From assembly GCA_028023455.1 (NCBI GenBank), contig JAQFVV010000003.1, positions 30,008,001-30,072,000 on the forward strand: a stretch of DNA of 64,000 nt. The letters run 5' to 3'. The stretch is from Epiperipatus broadwayi (lineage: Eukaryota; Animalia; Onychophora). Shown here piece after piece: positions 63,401 through 64,000 of this stretch. Numbering within the stretch: position 1 is the first letter of the stretch; the number at the start of each line of letters is the position of its first letter. The notes beneath the pieces are model-generated. The model was given only the letters and a program-made list of their open reading frames with translations, made no database searches and was not told where the DNA came from. The position numbers and the translations under genes are program-made.

Positions 63401-63432
63401 ATGACCAAGATCTTTTCTTTTATCTCCAGAAT
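4524..63432 (-). CDS. NISCH: Nischarin-like (IRAS) PX/LRR protein gene, partial: 8 coding exons in window; 5' exons (PX domain) and 3' exons not found in window
   Basis: Exons 63432-63365, 54233-54138, 43830-43735, 43625-43503, 35674-35479, 30422-30364, 8331-8203, 4625-4524. All have AG/GT boundaries, matching phases and no stops. The joined peptide follows recalled nischarin order (DLGHxLDF..PFDLSxFKSL..[47 protein letters not shown]). Confidence 0.92.
4990..6600 (+). mobile_element. Degenerate Ty3/Gypsy pol remnant (RNase H plus integrase)
   Basis: [41 protein letters not shown]; [11 protein letters not shown]; ACSYV*WPGI; [14 protein letters not shown]; VGEIVWIRD. Confidence 0.85.
7030..7250 (+). 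mobile_element. Possible second LTR-retrotransposon integrase zinc-binding fragment
   Basis: Weak H.G..KLIK.. / GM.KDI-like pattern, heavily decayed. Confidence 0.3.
8203..8331 (-). CDS. NISCH: NISCH-like exon 7
   Basis: tttaag|..|gtgag; 129 nt, phase 0->0; [43 protein letters not shown]. Confidence 0.9.
9327..9378 (+). repeat. Family A fragment (end of body, stops at body/tail boundary)
   Basis: tctggctcgcactgagtgacaatactatatggaaagttttgcctgtttttaat matches 61173-61223. Confidence 0.8.
9650..10400 (-). mobile_element. Highly decayed LINE (RTE-like) RT fragment
   Basis: Weak remnants of GC.LSP, INNL-YADD and IVLY-like motifs in collinear order. Confidence 0.35.
10472..10994 (+). mobile_element. 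Family B palindromic hammerhead-bearing element (Penelope pLTR-like)
   Basis: Inverted arms 10467-10677 / 10723-10933; about 60-nt tail; perfect 13-bp TSD TAAGCTTGGTGTT (10459-10471, 10995-11007). Confidence 0.85.
10838..10876 (+). ncRNA. Minimal type I hammerhead ribozyme motif (family B); mirror copy on minus strand at 10524-10562
   Basis: TCCTCA-CTGACGA-A-GTCAGTAGT-A-GAAAC-TG-GTC^TGGGG; CUGANGA and GAAA cores intact; helix I CCTCA/TGGGG. Confidence 0.6.
13745..19030 (+). mobile_element. Near full-length decayed RTE-like LINE (APE plus RT), copy 1, interrupted by a hAT
   Basis: 5' region gaatatggatgggctactca is shared with copy 2; DFNAR and KFGYGNRNE (APE); [15 protein letters not shown] (RT); 3' ttcatccgacagtg..gaaaatgatgg. 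Confidence 0.85.
15459..17823 (+). mobile_element. hAT (Buster/Charlie-type) DNA transposon with decayed ZBED5/SCAND3-like transposase (about 15780-17630)
   Basis: TIRs cagtgattct / agaatcactg; perfect 8-bp TSD GTCTACAT (15451-15458, 17824-17831, nnnTAnnn); [55 protein letters not shown] motifs with frameshifts. Confidence 0.95.
19828..19899 (+). tRNA. tRNA-Gly(TCC)-like gene, probably a variant or pseudogene
   Basis: 72 nt; acceptor GTGTTGG/TCAACAC; anticodon arm GCTGC-CTTCCAA-GCAGC; T-loop TTCGCTT (A58>C) and an A-C mismatch in the T stem. Confidence 0.8.
23487..24200 (-). mobile_element. Decayed hAT 3' remnant (dimerisation-domain region, locally duplicated)
   Basis: Terminus cagtgacgaagcg at 23487; minus strand [17 protein letters not shown] and LLKAFER resemble the hAT C-terminus; about 230-bp direct repeat 23665-23895 / 23962-24200. 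Confidence 0.5.
28614..28862 (+). pseudogene. JmjC/cupin-domain protein 3' exon, antisense to NISCH, with a 1-nt frameshift
   Basis: [41 protein letters not shown], then in the shifted frame [30 protein letters not shown]; preceded by tttag acceptors. Confidence 0.75.
29621..30024 (-). mobile_element. Family A palindromic hammerhead-bearing element, copy 1
   Basis: Arms 29673-29835 / 29861-30024, 25-nt loop, tail at left (29621-29672); both hammerhead cores carry point mutations; TSD not resolved. Confidence 0.88.
30364..30422 (-). CDS. NISCH: NISCH-like exon 6
   Basis: tttcag|..|gtaaag; 59 nt, phase 1->0; (G)[19 protein letters not shown]. Confidence 0.92.
30630..30900 (+). mobile_element. 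Possible decayed LINE 3' fragment
   Basis: Weak resemblance to the W.GHV.R region; many stops. Confidence 0.25.
30958..31080. repeat. About 60-bp diverged tandem repeat, 2 copies
   Basis: ttaaaatat.tttat..caaatata.attcttt..aat..taaatatct repeated at a 60-nt period. Confidence 0.65.
33480..34500 (-). other. Possible old NUMT (mitochondrial 16S/12S rRNA-like)
   Basis: Strongly G-poor plus strand; short motifs (caaaccaatcatt, ttgacctttata, aaaatacactt, catgtacat) loosely resemble arthropod mt-rRNA J-strand motifs in order; spacing is not fully consistent. Confidence 0.3.
34700..34900 (+). mobile_element. LINE post-RT fragment
   Basis: [26 protein letters not shown] resembles the LYG.E.W...C.R.IL.I.W pattern. 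Confidence 0.45.
35100..35400 (-). mobile_element. RTE-like RT fragment
   Basis: [12 protein letters not shown] and [18 protein letters not shown] (INNLRYADD-like). Confidence 0.55.
35479..35674 (-). CDS. NISCH: NISCH-like exon 5 (LRRs)
   Basis: tttcag|..|gtaaat; 196 nt, phase 0->1; [65 protein letters not shown]. Confidence 0.93.
37837..38051 (+). mobile_element. Family C palindromic hammerhead-bearing mini element
   Basis: Arms 37850-37918 / 37950-38016; 35-nt tail; 12-bp TSD ATAGTAAAAGTT (37825-37836, 38052-38063); CTGAAGA-A-GACTG-CAAGA-CAGTC-GAAAT-GTA at 37933-37963. Confidence 0.8.
38801..39262 (+). mobile_element. Family D inverted-arm element
   Basis: Arms 38798-38897 / 39109-39210; tail to 39262; perfect 13-bp TSD ATAATTGGTTATA (38788-38800, 39263-39275); extra 32-bp inverted pair 39081-39112 / 39233-39264. 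Confidence 0.8.
39497..39610. repeat. Poly-C / low-complexity, almost G-free tract
   Basis: Long C runs followed by A/C-only sequence. Confidence 0.8.
41464..42170 (-). pseudogene. NEK6/NEK7-like kinase pseudogene
   Basis: [25 protein letters not shown](E)[42 protein letters not shown] with frameshifts and deletions; weaker LKKVQ (about 42150) and HR.I..AN (about 41880) upstream. Confidence 0.85.
43503..43625 (-). CDS. NISCH: NISCH-like exon 4
   Basis: ttttag|..|gtaagt; 123 nt, phase 0->0; [41 protein letters not shown]. Confidence 0.9.
43735..43830 (-). CDS. NISCH: NISCH-like exon 3
   Basis: ttttag|..|gtatgt; 96 nt, phase 0->0; [32 protein letters not shown]. Confidence 0.85.
44629..45605 (+). 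mobile_element. Internally deleted hAT derivative
   Basis: [10 protein letters not shown]-terminal remnant (about 45120) joined to [26 protein letters not shown]-terminal motif (45297 onward); decayed GC-richer termini. Confidence 0.65.
46850..48319. repeat. Internally repetitive element with hAT-like right end
   Basis: 46899-46958 is similar to 47158-47217; 47033-47143 is similar to 48155-48270; end ggggagggctgcagcccc..atcactg. Confidence 0.45.
49528..49846 (+). mobile_element. Family A element, copy 2, inserted in the RTE RT region
   Basis: Short inverted arm 49528-49601 plus full body plus tail; splits the [12 protein letters not shown] motif; imperfect 13-bp TSD AAACTTTCCTTTT / AAACTCTTCTTTT. 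Confidence 0.88.
49630..49671 (+). ncRNA. Minimal type I hammerhead ribozyme motif, intact core
   Basis: TCCTCA-CTGACGA-A-GGT-CACAA-GCC-A-GAAAC-TA-GTC^TGGGGA; 6-bp helix I (TCCTCA/TGGGGA); palindromic ACTAGT helix III; GUC triplet. Confidence 0.7.
50138..51669 (-). mobile_element. Internally deleted Buster-type hAT
   Basis: Perfect 16-bp TIR cagcgtttcccaacct; 8-bp TSD CTCTAAAG (50130-50137, 51670-51677); [25 protein letters not shown] transposase C-terminal half. Confidence 0.95.
54138..54233 (-). CDS. NISCH: NISCH-like exon 2
   Basis: tttag|..|gtaaat; 96 nt, phase 0->0; [32 protein letters not shown]. Confidence 0.9.
58105..58360. repeat. About 135-145-bp tandem duplication
   Basis: tattattgaaaaatggggtgtga.ctaaaat..tattcttttcaagtaaaaagtgta.tcaaaaaa occurs twice. 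Confidence 0.8.
58975..59250. repeat. About 170-bp tandem duplication
   Basis: gtga.agagtccatt..catttta.gaatgctaaat..attaaaaattgcat.tcaaaaaaaa occurs twice. Confidence 0.75.
60602..60803 (-). mobile_element. Family E element with inverted arm
   Basis: Arms about 60659-60718 / 60743-60802; perfect 14-bp TSD TCAAAGAATTAAGA (60588-60601, 60804-60817); B-box-like sequence in the unpaired part. Confidence 0.85.
60998..61277 (+). mobile_element. Family A element, copy 3
   Basis: Long inverted arm (hammerhead on minus strand 61095-61136, core CTGACTA), truncated direct arm plus tail; TSD AATATAAA(A)CTCA (60985-60997, 61278-61289). Confidence 0.88.
62770..63110 (-). mobile_element. Possible BEL/Pao integrase C-terminal remnant
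   Basis: [15 protein letters not shown] and NIVRTVTI in the order expected for IE..LNSRP / FW.RW / VR.V.V motifs; GC-elevated. Confidence 0.4.
63365..63432 (-). CDS. NISCH: NISCH-like exon 1 (in window)
   Basis: tttcag|..|gtatgt; 68 nt, phase 1->0; [22 protein letters not shown]. Confidence 0.9.
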
Positions 63433-64000
63433 CTGAAATAAAAATTATTTATATCTATTTAAATTATGTGTCACCCTGTAATGCAGTGATATGCAAACTG
63501 CAGATCATGACCCTCCAATTGGTCTTCAAGCAATTCATAATAATAATACAATTTAGAAATAATTTTTTTTATTTTTTATTTTTAAACAAAAGTAAAAATA
63601 AATTCAAATGATATAAATCAGAGTTAAATATTCTTTTACAGCAATAGTAAATAGACTATATTCTTAAAGACTATTTATCACAGCAGTAGTTCTACCCTGA
63701 AAGAGTTATAATTTCTTTTCTATTCTTCCTTCAGTATGAATTATAAGTTTTTATTAATTATGTCATAGTCTATAAAATTATAAGAATTAAAGATATTTAA
63801 CATAAAATTAGATAGACATTAAAATCATTATCTTATAAACTTATTACTATTTTTATATTCATTCTAAAATTTTTTAAAGGTTGCATAAAATTTCTATATA
63901 AGAAAAGAGGTCACAAATATAAATAGTTTGCACACCACTGGGAAATGATAAGCAATAGACATTCATAAAATCAATACTAATAAAAAAACAAACAAACAAA

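Noticed and set aside
1-64000. Prokaryotic systems (CRISPR array, operons, defence islands)
   Set aside because: No regularly spaced repeat-spacer array and no gene-dense ORFs; the DNA is a spliced eukaryotic locus

Overview
Very AT-rich, CpG-poor eukaryotic DNA, probably from an invertebrate/arthropod. The whole window lies inside one minus-strand host gene, a nischarin (NISCH/IRAS)-like LRR gene. I found eight GT-AG exons (63432-4524) that join in frame without stops. The large introns hold decayed TEs: two RTE-like LINEs each interrupted by a Buster-type hAT with an 8-bp TSD, other LINE pieces, Gypsy and BEL pol remnants, and hAT derivatives. They also hold a tRNA-Gly(TCC)-like gene, a frameshifted antisense JmjC exon, a NEK6/7 kinase pseudogene and a possible old NUMT. 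The most striking signal is at least five small (200-520 bp) non-coding element families that are otherwise sequence-unrelated but share one architecture: an inverted copy of the body, the body, a 35-60 nt unpaired tail, and a 12-14 bp TSD. Three families carry minimal type I hammerhead ribozyme motifs with a palindromic helix III (dimer type). This fits non-autonomous Penelope-like (pLTR-derived) retro-elements. All protein and family assignments come from motif recall, not database searches.
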